Positions 40,373 to 58,299 of a DNA stretch of 64,000 nt are shown here, in pieces. The stretch lies in assembly GCF_009914755.1 (NCBI RefSeq), contig NC_060927.1, one strand, 5' to 3'. Made by a program: the position numbers and the translations under genes. The first letter of the stretch is position 1. Each line of letters begins with the position of its first letter. Source of the DNA: the human T2T-CHM13v2.0 reference genome, Homo sapiens. The notes below the pieces were generated by a model. The model was given only the letters and a program-made list of their open reading frames with translations, was not told the origin of the DNA and did not search any database.

Positions 40373-40702
40373 TTAGTGGCTTAAATCTTCTTCAGGGAGA
40401 TTTCTGATTCTGTTTAGGTTGTAGAGAGCTATAAATAATGTCACTCTCACCCTAATGACGAGAAAAAGCGGGATAACTTATAAAACTATAATTTTTCTTG
40501 AATCCATCAGAGCTAAAGTAAGAGGGCAATCAACTAGCCTGAAACCTAAACAAAGATGAGTGCCTTAGAAGAGAGAGGGATCATGAGCACTGGTTGACAT
40601 AGGACAGTACACCAGAGAAAAATTGGTACCACCCTATCTCTGGGTAAGATCTCAGCTAAACTTTTTGATGAACTGCAAAAGACCAAGGGTGAGCTACCAT
40701 GA

Positions 40703-41063
<361 letters not shown>

Positions 41064-43154
41064 TTGCAGGCTATTTTCTACAGACCTCAGTGGGCACCCA
41101 CAAGAGTCCTCAGTCTCTCTGTAGCTCACTGGGGAAGGGCAGCAAATTAGAAAAGATCTTCCTCCAGATCCATTCCTGGCAAAAGAGAACCACCCCCACT
41201 GCAGGATGGACATGAAGCCCCAAACACATCTTTATCCCTGAAGAAAAAAAGCATTAAGCCACTGACGAAAGGTCAGCAAAAATGTTATCCCCAGAGCATC
41301 GGTTGCTGAGGGAAGTAAACAAAAACAAACAAAAAACCCCCTCTACCCTTCAGGAGGATCAGGAAACCATTCTGGGCCCTGACCCATAGAGGACCCCTGC
41401 CCCTGGCAGTGAGAGAGGGGCAGGATCGCTGAAAAAGCCCCAGCTCTGAGATGCAGGATTGAAAGACCTGCCTAAGACTGAAGCTAAATCAGAGTAACAG
41501 AGAACCCTCCTTTTCTGCCTGCCACAAACCTAGCATGATCCAAGTGATACGTAACAGCAATCTACTTCTAGGAGAGAAATGAACATGGAGAGAGACCCTC
41601 TCTGAGGCACAGGCTCATAGGGAAAACCTAAGTTGTGAGTGATATATAGCTACATTTTAAAAAAAAGTCTGGCACCTCAGACTCTTACCTACACTGTCTG
41701 GCTTTCAATCAAAACTTAAACATGAAAAAGCAGCAAATTATGATTAAGATGATACAGGATCTAGTAGAAAAGATGAACAACATACATGAACAGATGGGGC
41801 ATTTCTGTAGAAATTACTTCAATGGAAATACTTTTTTTTAGAAAGAATAAAATAGAAATGTTAGATATATAGATATAGACACAAAAAACCAACACAGTAA
41901 CAGATAACTTGACTCAGCTAAGGAAAGAATCAGTGAACCTAAAATTGGATTGGTATTATCCAATCTGAAACACAGAGAGAGAAAAAAAGGAAAAAGAAAA
42001 AAAATTGTAACAGAACAGAGCCTCTAAGAGCTATGGGACAATATCAAGAAATATACACATAATAGAAATCACAGAAGAAGAAAAAAGGGAGGAGAAGAAA
42101 TCGTTGAAGAACTGTCTAGAATTTGCCAAATATAAGAAAGACACCAAACCACAAATGCAAGAATTTCAAAGATCAAGCAACACAGATATAAAAACAAACC
42201 CAAAATGACAACAACATGCATATAGACACAAAGACAAAATCATGTGGCCATCAGAGGAAAAAGACACATTATATAAAGAAAAATCAAGAATTACATTACA
42301 CTTCTCATCAGAAATTATTCAAGCCAGATAACAATAGAGTGACATCTTTAAAGCATTAGAAAAAAGCCTGCCAATCCAGAATTCTAATAAAAATATCTTT
42401 CAAAAGTGAAACACAAAAACTTTCTGAGGAAATCATAAGCTGAGAGAAAGTATTATTAGCAGCCCTCCATTACAAAAAGTATTAAAACAAGTTCTTCAAT
42501 TAGAAGAACCAGAGAGAAACTTACCTAAGAAGAAATGAAAACTGGTGAAAATGGTAAACATGAAGATAAGTATAAAATATACTTTTTTCTCGTTTTTAAC
42601 TACTCTAAAAGATAACTGTTTAATGGACAAACAATAGCAATGTAATGGTTTAACAGTATATGTAAAAGGAATTCATGACAATAACAATACAAAGAATTAG
42701 GAGTTGGGAGTATGCTGTTAAAAGTTTCTTACAAGTGAGGCTGTATAATTACTTGACTGTAACTAATGAAAGATGTACACTGCAAACCCTAGAGAGAACA
42801 CTAAAATTTTTTGAAAAAGAGGTAAAGTAATAAGACAATAATAGAAATAAAATATAATAATAAAAATGCTCAATCCAAAAAAAGCAAAAAAAGATAACAA
42901 AAAGGAGACGGAACAAAGGAAAAAACAGCAAGATATTAAATTCAAAGCCAACTGCACCAGTATTTACATTAAAGAAAGGGTTTTAAAACACCAATTAAGA
43001 GACAGAGGATGTCAGATTGGATAAAAAAGCAAGACCAAACTATATACTATCAAAAATAACCCATTTTAAATAAAAAGATAGGTTAAAAATAAAAGTATGG
43101 AAAGAGATGTCTCATGTAAACAGTCATGAAAAGAAACCTGGAGGAGCTTTATTA

Positions 43155-43584
<430 letters not shown>

Positions 43585-45177
43585 CTAAAACAGAAATTTA
43601 AAATACATTAAAAAGTATTTCTTCTTCCAAACAAGATGGATTAGACTCATTTCTCCGCTAAGTACAACTAAAAACCCTGATATATAACAGACAACTATAA
43701 GAGAACTCTGCAAAGTAGAAAGAGGAAGATGGACTGGCTAAGATCTCAGCATGTGAGGAATGACACTGTGTGTCACCCTGGGGTGTCTTTGTATTCTGTA
43801 TCTTATAGACTAGGCTCTGGAGAAGTCCAGAGCCATCAAGAGAAACAGACAAAAAAGCCTCAAGAAAAATCTACTCTTTATAAGCAAAGGACTGAAAAAG
43901 AGGGTACCCAGAAACCTTGATAGTACTTGACCTACCCAAGCAAAACACTGCTGATGCTCCCTGCCCTGTGCAGTATTATCAGAGAGCAAGTGGGGAGCAT
44001 GGACTTCTACCCATCAACCAGAGGTGGAAGGGGTCCTAGTGCAGGATGTCCTCCCATAGCAACAATGTCAGTGGAAGCCTAGTGAGGAGCTCAGACTTCT
44101 ACACCCCATCCAATGATGGCAGCTGACAACTGCACCCTCTCAACTAATAACTGAGAAGAGAATATCAAAGAGAAGGAAACTGGAGAAAAGAATTCCTTCA
44201 GCCTGTGCAGGGCATCCCCGACCAACATGTGAAATTGTTTACAATTAATATGCCAAAAGGTTTGAAAACTGAACCACAGTGTGGAATATCAGGTATTCAC
44301 AACAGTCTCTAGGTAGCAATTAAATAAAGTAGACCAAAATAACATTTCAAGGGATCTGGGAACTAAATCATCATTAGAACCACAGCCTACAAAAATAGGC
44401 CAGGATCTGCATGCTAAACTTAAACAAGATGACTTCCTGCTAAATTAGAATATTTAAATAGAACCTAGAATGTCATTAGAATATAAAAAATACTCAGAAT
44501 ACAATTTAAAAAAAAACTTGACATATTAAGAACCAGGAAAATCACGACTCGAATGAAAAAAGACAAGATGCCAATACCTGAGACAACCCAGTTGCTGGAA
44601 TTATCTGACAAGAATTTTAAAGCTACCATCATAAAAATGATCCAACAGGCAATTAATGCTCTGGAGACAAAACAAAACTGCTACAGTATGAAATACTTTT
44701 GAGAGCCTTGAAACATGTAAGTGTACATGGATTTACATGTATATATATGCATACATGCATGTGTATGTATATATGTATCCACGTGTGCGTATGTATATAT
44801 ATGCACATATATGCATATATTTCCCAGCTTCATCTGCTCAAATAGCCTAGAAGCAAAAACACCAAGTAGCAATGAGCATAGCTGGTAGCCATATCTTGGT
44901 TTCACCAATAAAAAGGACCAGCGCTCCTCAAAGAAATGGCTGATTTCAGGGCTGGGGCATGGAAGAGCAAGAAAAGTCTGCAATATCTTGTTATGTTAGA
45001 AATAAGAAGACGGTAATGAAAATAATGGGGGTATGTCATGAGGACAGGAATTAGAATGAAGACACTCCTGCTGGCCAAATGTGGAAAAATACAAACACGA
45101 AAATAATTAAGAGAAGTAATGAGTTAAAAATCTGTGAATCCATATTCATAAGAGACAAATAAGAAAATAACAAGGCA

Positions 45178-45589
<412 letters not shown>

Positions 45590-46546
45590 CTATCACAGAA
45601 AAGAATAGTTTAGAGAAAAATTACCAAAGGATGCTAAATATAGGGGTGAAATCTTAATGAGGTATAGAATAGCTACATAGTGTTGAAGTGTCTCTGCAGA
45701 CTTCTTATTAGTAGCAAGGCAGCGGATGTAAAGTATAAACCAGAGAGAAACTGGCCAGGTGATCAGGCCTGATATCACAAATGAGGGGTACACAGATGTC
45801 AAATGGCTCTAGATGTAATATTCCGAAGACAAAACATCACTTTTTAGTATTCTGGCCAGGAAGGCATAATCTGAATTTTCTGCCAGAATGAGAAGATTTT
45901 ACTTGAAAAACACACACACACAACAAAGACTGTATTCTTTTAAAAGGCCAGTGTCATAAAAGACAAAGAAAGGCTGAGGAATTATTCTAGATTGAAAGAG
46001 ACTGAAAAGATATTACCACGAAATGCAATATGTGATCCAAAACTGGATCATGTACTGCAGGAAAAAAAATCTACAAAGGTTATTATTGGGTCCACTAACA
46101 AAACTGGATAGATGAATAAAAGTATTATAACAAAGTCAAATCTACTACAAGTACTAACTACAGTGGCAATAAAAGAGAATCTTTTTTTCTTAAGAAATAA
46201 TACAAGGACATATTTCGGGGTAAAGGGTAAACACTATATAACTTATTTTCAGACAGTTAAAGAAGAAAATATGTGTGTAATTATATGGACACATACACAC
46301 ATTCACAGAAAAAGAGAGAAAGAGGAACAGAGTAATTCATAAAGCAAATGAGGCAAAATGCTAACAATAGGTGGATCTGTACAAAGGGTACAGTCTATGC
46401 ATTCACTATGATAGTCTTTCAACTTTCCTATAAATTTCCAAATAAAAAGTTTTTTAAAAGAATCCAAAATTAAGACTTTTTCAGACAAACAGAAGCTGAG
46501 AGAATCTGTCTCAACAGCACATCTGCACTACAAGAAATACTGAATA

Positions 46547-46826
46547 ATCCAGGCACAATGTTCATGCCTGTAATCCCTGCACTTTGGGGGGCTAAAGCAG
46601 GGGAATCTCTTGAGGCTAGGAGTTCAACATCAGCCTGGGCAACACAGTGAGACCCTGTCTCTACAAAACAAACAAACAAAAATTAGCTGGGCATGCGCTT
46701 GTAGTCCTAGCTACCTGGCAGGCTGAAACAGGAGGATTCCTGGAGTCCGAGGCTGCGGTGAACTATCATTGCGCCACTGCACTCCAACCTGGGTGACAGA
46801 GCAAGACCCTATCTTAAAAAAAAAAC
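46547..46826 (+). mobile_element. AluJ
   Basis: cagcctgggcaacacagtgagaccctgtctctacaaaa..ggaggatt..gaggctgcggtgaactat. Confidence 0.85.
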
Positions 46827-47073
46827 AAGACAGAATGAACAAATAAAGTTTTTCAGGAAATGTCCAAACACTGTGGAAATCCAGGAAAAAATGAAGTTTT
46901 TTCAGGCAAAAGAAAATGACACCAGATGAACACCCAGATCTACACAAAGAAACAAAGAATGCTGAAAATGGTAAATGTGTAGGTAAACACAGACCTTCTT
47001 TTCCATTTTTTATTTATCTTTTCCATTTTTATTTAGTTTAAAGCAAAAACAGTAACAAGGTATTATAGAGTGT

Positions 47074-47580
47074 TTAAAATACATAGAAGAAAAATCTATG
47101 ACAAAAATAGTACAAAGAATGAAAGTCAGGGGCAGTTCCAAGATGGCCGAATAGGAACAGCTCCAGTCTACAGCTCTCAGCATGAGCGACACAGAAGACG
47201 GATGATTTCTGCATTTCCAACTGAGGTACCGGGTTCATCTCACTGGGGATTTTCGGACAGTGGGTGCAGGACAGTGGGTGCAGTGCAGCGGGAGTGAGCT
47301 GAAGCAGGGCGAGGCATCGCCTCACCGGGGAAGCACAAGGGGTCAGGGAATTCCCTTTCCTAGCCAAGGAAAGGGATGACAGATGGCACCTGGAAAATTG
47401 GGTCACTCCCATCCTACTACTGCGCTTCTCCAACGGTCTTAGCAAACAGCGCACCAGGAGATTATATCCCGTGCCTGGCTCGGAGGGTCCTACGCCCACA
47501 GAGCCTCGCTCATTGCTAGCACAGCAGTCTGAGATCAAACTGCAAGGTGGCAGTGAGGCTGGGGGAGGGGTGCCTGCCAT
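47074..47580 (-). CDS. L1 ORF0, C-terminally extended (168 aa), putative
   Basis: ATG at 47580-47578 in context GCAATGG; MAGTPPPASLPPCSLISDCCASNERGSVGVGPSEPG resembles the recalled ORF0 N-terminus; no stop until 47076-47074, outside the L1. Translation not demonstrated. Confidence 0.55.
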   Translation of the reverse strand: MAGTPPPASLPPCSLISDCCASNERGSVGVGPSEPGTGYNLLVRCLLRPLEKRSSRMGVTQFSRCHLSSLSLARKGNSLTPCASPVRRCLALLQLTPAALHPLSCTHCPKIPSEMNPVPQLEMQKSSVFCVAHAESCRLELFLFGHLGTAPDFHSLYYFCHRFFFYVF

Positions 47581-47750
47581 TGCTGGAGGCTGGGAAGCTC
47601 GAACTGGGTGGAGCCCACCACAGCTCAAGGAAGCCTGCCTGCCTCTGTAGACTCCACCTGTGGGGGCAGGGCATAGCCAAACAAAAGGCAGCAGAAACCT
47701 CTGCAGGCTTAAATGTCCCTGTCTGACAGCTTGGAAGACAGCAGTGGTTC
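47500..47750 (-). promoter_or_regulatory. L1 antisense promoter region (by position, ~nt 400-600 of the 5' UTR)
   Basis: Positional homology only; many CpGs have decayed and activity is unknown. Confidence 0.45.
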
Positions 47751-48134
47751 TTCCAGCATGCAGCTTTAGATCTGAGAATGGACAGACTGCCTCTTCAAGT
47801 GGGTCCCTGAACCCCAAGTACCCTAACTGGGAGGCACCCCCCAGTAGGGGCAGACTGACACCTCACACGGCCAGGTACCCCTCTGAAACAAAACTTCCAG
47901 AGGAACAATCAGGCAGCAACATTTGCTGTTCACCAATATTTGCTGTTCTGCAGCCTCCGCTGGTGATACCCAGGCAAACAGGGTCTGGAGTGGACCTCTG
48001 GCAAACCCCAACAGACCTGCAGCTGAGGGTCCTGACTGTTAGAAGGAAAACTAACAAACAGAAAGGTCATCCACACCAAAACCCCATCTGTACGTCACCA
48101 TCATCAAAGACAAAAGGTAGATAAAACCACAAAG

Positions 48135-49149
48135 ATGGGGAAAAAACAGCAGAAAAGCTGAAAATTCTAAAAATCAGAGCGCCTCTCTTCCTCCAAAGGA
48201 ATGCAGCTCCTCACCAGCAACAGAACACAGCTGGACAGAGAATGACTTCAACGAGTTGAGAGGAGAAGGCTTCAGATGATCAAACTTCCCCGAGCTAAAG
48301 GAGGAAGTTCAAACCCATGGCAAAGAAGTTAAGAACCTTGAAAAAAGATTAGACGAATGGCTAACTAGAATAACCAATGCAGAGAAGTCCTTAAATGACC
48401 TGATGGAGCTGAAAACCATGGCACAAAAACTACGTGACGAATGCACAAGCCTCAGTAGCCGATTCGATCAATTGGAAGAAAGGGTATCAGTGATGGAAGA
48501 TCAAATGAATGAAATGAAGCAAGAAGAGAAGTTTAGAGAACAAAGAATAAAAAGAAATGAACAAAGCCTCCAAGAAATATGGCACTATATGAAAAGACCA
48601 AATCTACGTCTCATTGGTGTACCTGAAAGTGACGGGGAGAATGGAACCAAGTTGGAAAACACTCTGCAGGATATTATCCAGGAGAACTTCCCCAGTCTAG
48701 CAAGGCAGGCCAACATTCACATTCAGGAAATACAGAGAACGCCACAAAGATACTCCTCGAGAAGAGCAACTCCAAGACACATAATTGACAGATTCACCAA
48801 AGTTGAAATGAAGGAAAAAACGTTAAGGGCAGCCAGAGAGAAAGGTCGGGTTACCCACAAAGGGAAGCCCATCAGACTAACAGCTGATCTCCTGGCAGAA
48901 ACTTTACAAGCCAGAAGAGAGTGGGGGCCAATATTCAGCATTCTTAAAGAAAAGAATTTTCAACCCAGAATTTCATATCCAGCCAAACTAAGCTTCGTAA
49001 GTGAAGGAGAAATAAAATACTTTACAGACAAGCAAATGCTGGCAGATTCTGTTACCACCAGGCCTGCCCTAAAAGAGCTCCTGAAGGAAGCACTAAACGT
49101 GGAAAGGAACAACCAGTACCAGCCACTGCAAAAACATGCCAAATTGTAA
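48135..49149 (+). pseudogene. L1 ORF1, disabled
   Basis: ATG GGG AAA AAA CAG at 48135, then an apparent 2-bp deletion and a CGA>TGA (~48277); remainder 48403-49149 is clear ORF1p (RPNLRLIGVPE, ARREW, YPAKLS). Confidence 0.93.
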
Positions 49150-49212
49150 AGACCATCAAGGCTAGGAAGAAACTGCATCAACTAACAAGCAAAATAACCA
49201 GCTAACATCATA

Positions 49213-53031
<3,819 letters not shown>

Positions 53032-54818
53032 ACAATGACAACACTTGGACACAGGAAGAGGAACGTCACACACTGGGGCCTGTTTTGGGGTGGGGGGAGT
53101 GGGGAGGGATAGCATTAGGAGATATACCTAATGTAAATGACGAGTTAGTGGGGGCAGCACACCAACATGGCACATGTATACATATGTAACAAACCTGCAC
53201 GTTGTGCACATGTACCCTAAAACTTAAAAAAAAAAAAAAAAAAGAATGAAAGTCTTAAGGTCCTTCCATTATACATGAAGTAGTGTACTATTCATTGAAG
53301 GTAGACTGAGATAAGTTAAAAATGCATATAGTAAACTAGAACAATCACCCCTACAAAAAAACAAAAAGAAGTATAGCTCGTAAAATGAAGATAACATAAA
53401 AAACTAAAAAATACTCAGTTAATCCAAAAAAAAGCAGGAAATGAAGAAAAAACAAAAGAATGATAGAACAGCAAACAAGCAAGATGGCAGATATAAACCC
53501 AACCAAATAGAATAAATGAAATTAAAATAGTTTAAACCCTACAATTTAATGGTAGAGCTTGTCAAATTAAATTATAAAATAAAATCCAAACCATATACGG
53601 CTTACAATAAAACACAGCTTAAACATAATGGTATAATAGGTTTAAAGAAAAATGAAATAAAGTCGTTGCTATACTCATATCAGATAGATTTTTGAGGCAA
53701 GGAATATTACCAGAGACAAAGACATATATGCCATAATAATAAACAGGCTAACTAATCAAGAAGATACATAATAATACTAAGAGATTCAAAATATAACAAA
53801 ACTGAAAATATTGACAGGGAAAATGAAAAATCTATAAATATAGTTGGATATTTCAAAAAGCTTCTCAGTAATTGATAGAATCAGTAAACAGATTATCAGC
53901 AAGGATGCTGAAGACTTGAATATACTATCAAGCAAATTTACATAGCATTTACAGATCACTGCACAAAAAAGCAAACTTTTCAAGTATTTATGCAATATTC
54001 ACCAGGAAGACCTAACACCTAAGTTATGAAGCATGTCTCAGTAAATGTGAAAGGTCTGAAATGATACAGAACAGGTTCTTTGGCCAACATTGAATTAAAT
54101 TAGAAATGAATAATAAAAAGGTATCTAAGAAATAACCAAATCTTTAAAAATTAAACAATACTTCTATTTAACATATGAATCAAAGAAGAATACACAACAA
54201 AAATTAGAAAATATTTTAACTGGATGGGAAGGTAAATACAACCTATCAATGTCTGTGAATAAAGGTAAAATAGCACTTAGACAAAAATCTGTATTTTAAA
54301 TACATCGAGAACAATCTGAAATTATCTAAACTTCCACCATAATAAGCTAAAAAAAGAAGAGCAAATTAAACCTAAAGTAAGTAGAAAGAAGGAAATCATA
54401 AAAGACTGGAATTCAATGAAATAGGAAAACAGACAAAAACTGAGAAAAAGCAATTTGAGAAAAATGAAGCTGAAGGATGATTCTTTAGAAAAATGAGAAA
54501 AATTAATAACTTATAGGTAGAACAATCAGGAAAAAAGAAGACACATTTTCAGTATAGAAAATGAAAGACAGTAAATCACCACAAACCCCATAGATATTAA
54601 AAGGTTAACAAGAAAATGTTACTTAAAAAAACAAAAACAAAAAGAACCCTCTGGCTATAGATTCAACAACTTAGATGAAATGAACACATTCCTTGCTAAA
54701 GATGAATGGTTAGTTTAATATTCAAAAATTAATCACTGTAATGTAAATCAATACCACACCCACTAGGAAAAAGACAGACTAACAGATGTTGGCAAGGACA
54801 TGGAGCAACTGGAATTAA

Positions 54819-55119
<301 letters not shown>

Positions 55120-56668
55120 ACAGCTGGAACTCTTATACATTGCTAGTAGGATGTAAAATGGTGTAGCCACTTTGGACAATAGTCTAGCAATTCCTCAAAG
55201 TGTTAAAATAGAATTACCATACGACTCAGCAATTCTACTCTTAGGTAAAGACACAATAGAAATGAAAACATATGTCAACATAAAAATTTGTACATAAATG
55301 TTCATAACAGCATTATTTATAATAGCCAAAAAGTGGAAAAATGTCAGATTTGAACTAACGAACAGACACAAAGATGTGACATATTCATACAATGGAATAT
55401 TATTTGGCAATGAAAAATAAATGAGTATTGACCACAGATAAACCTTGAAAACATTATACTAAGTGAAAGAAGTTAGTTTATAAAAGGCCACATGCTATAT
55501 GGTTCCACTTAAATGGGATATCCAGAATAGACAACTCTATAGAGACAGAAGTAAATTAGTGGCTATCTAGGGCTGGAAGGGTTGGTAGATAATGATGCTA
55601 ATGGATACTGGGCTCTTTTCAGGGTAACAAAATGTTCTAAAATTTAATATGATAGTTGTACAACTCTGTGAATATACTGAAAACCACTGAACTGTATGTA
55701 CACTTCAGGTGAGTATGAATTATATCTCAGTATTATATGAATTATATTTCAATAAACTGATTAAAACTCAATGTTATAAATCATATCACAGAATAAATAA
55801 AAATATAATAATCTCAATAGATGTAGAATAAGGAAATGACAATTCAACACACTTTCATAATAATAAACTAGGAAGGGAAGAAATGTCCTCAACCTCATAA
55901 AAGGCATCTATGAAAACCTATCACACTTAATAGTGAAAGACTAAATGTTTTACCTATAAGTTGGGGTATTCCAGAATTAAAAGAACATATATTGATGCAA
56001 TAGTACTGTCACTCAAATGATTTTTGAAGGCAATTATTCTTCCTTCTGGGGAGACAGACCCTTGAAAAATCAGATGAAAGTCAGAGATCCTTTCTTAAGA
56101 AATTCATTTAAAAAAAAGATTGGAGAAAGGAAAGGATGTTTGCCCACACCACTTTTATTCCACATCACACTGGAGGTTCTAACCAATGCAACTAACCAAG
56201 GGTAGAAAGATAAATAAAAGGCATATCGACTGAAAAAAATAAATAAATAAAACTGTTTTTATTGGCATGTAACTTGATTGTGTATATAAAAATCCTATGA
56301 AATCTATAAAAAAGCAATTAGAAATGAGTTTCACTAGTTAATAGTATACAAGTAAATATACAAAAATAAATGTCAAAATGACTCTTTAAAATAGTAATAA
56401 ACAATGAGAAATAAAAATTTTAAAACTACTCACAATAGCACCAAAAGACATGAAATATTTAAGGATACATTTAACAAAATACATGGAACACACACACATA
56501 AAAAAGTAGACAGCACTACTGAGAGAAAGTAAAGGAGGCCTAAAGAGCCATACCACGACTGTGCATTAAAAGTCTTAATATTGTTAAGATATCATTTCTA
56601 AGCTGATCTATGTAATCTCACTCAAAATCCCAAAAGGTACACACTAATAAACTGACTGCCCTGCAGAT

Positions 56669-56806
56669 GCTGTCCTGGACCTGCCAGCTGCACAGATGCA
56701 GATGCTCTGCTATGCCTGTAACATCGGGGCGAAGTGAAAGTGGCTATTTCTACACTCAGTTTTCAGAAAACAGTGAACAACAAGAATGGATAATAGCCTG
56801 ACATTT
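56669..56806 (+). pseudogene. Retroposed H/ACA snoRNA copy, SNORA43 (SNORA17B)-like
   Basis: gctgtcctggacctg..tgctctgctatgcctg..tcggggc..gaaagtggctatttctacactcagt..gaatgg..gcctgACAttt resembles recalled SNORA43; ACA box 56801-56803; AAC-rich tail; TSD-like aaactgact / aaactgagt. Confidence 0.75.
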
Positions 56807-57989
56807 CTTAGGGGAACAACAACAACAAAACTGAGTCTAACATTTATGTGGGATTGCAAAGGACCTAGAACAATTTTGAGAACACAGTTGAAGGACTTAT
56901 ACTACCTGATAATTTTAAGACTTACTATAAAGTTACAGAAATCAAGAGTGTGTCATGAGTGAAAGGACAGATATATAGATCAGTGGAACAGAATAGATTC
57001 TAGATAGATTCACATGCTATATACATGGCCGATAGGATTTGACAATGAGGGCAAAGTAATTCAATGGGGAAAGGATAGTCTTTTTAACAAATGGTGCTGA
57101 AAAACTAGATATACATATTTTTTAAATAAACTTTGACATTTGACATTTACCTTCCACCATACAGAAAAACTAAATGAAAATGGATCATAGATTTAAATAT
57201 AAAAGCTAAAATTATAAAACTCCTAGAAAATAACACAGGAGAAATTTTTTGTGATCTTAGGATAAGCAAATATTTTGTTGACATGCAACACAACTGTATA
57301 CATAAAAAATCATGAAATGATACACAAGAAGCATAAATCATAAAAAAAGTAAATTAAATTTCGTCAAAATTAAAACTCTCTGCTCTTCAAAGACATCATT
57401 AAGAAAATGACAAGGTAAGCCACATACAAAGATAAAATATTCACAACACATATATTTTAAAAATTCAGTATCCAGAATATATAAATAACTTACAAATCAA
57501 TAAAAAGAGTTAAGGGGCAGAATATTTCAACCAAGCCTTTATCAAAGAAAATATACAAATAGCAAATAAAACTATCAAAAGATAGCAGACACCACTAGTC
57601 ACAGGAAAATGCAAATTAAAACCATCATGAGATACCACTACTACACATTGACTAGAATGGCTAAAATTAAGAAGAATGAAAATACCAAGTGTTAGCAAGG
57701 GTGTGGCAAAAGTGGGACTCTCTCACAATGCAAAATGATTCAGTCATTTGAAAAACTGTATGGCAGGTTCTTATAGTTACATTTACCATATGACCAGCAA
57801 TTCCACTCCACCCAAGAGAAATGAAAACATATGGTTACATAAAGACCTGTGAACCCATGTTCATAACAGCTTTACTGATAATAAAAAAACTGGACACAGT
57901 CCAGTTGTCCATCAACAGGTGAAGGGATATACAAATTGTGGCATGGCTATAAAGCAGAACACTGCTTGGCAATAAAAAATAAATGCACT

Positions 57990-58299
<310 letters not shown>

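Noticed and set aside
47660-48124. 154-aa sense ORF in the L1 5' UTR
   Set aside because: Non-ATG start in GC-rich UTR sequence; no independent support.
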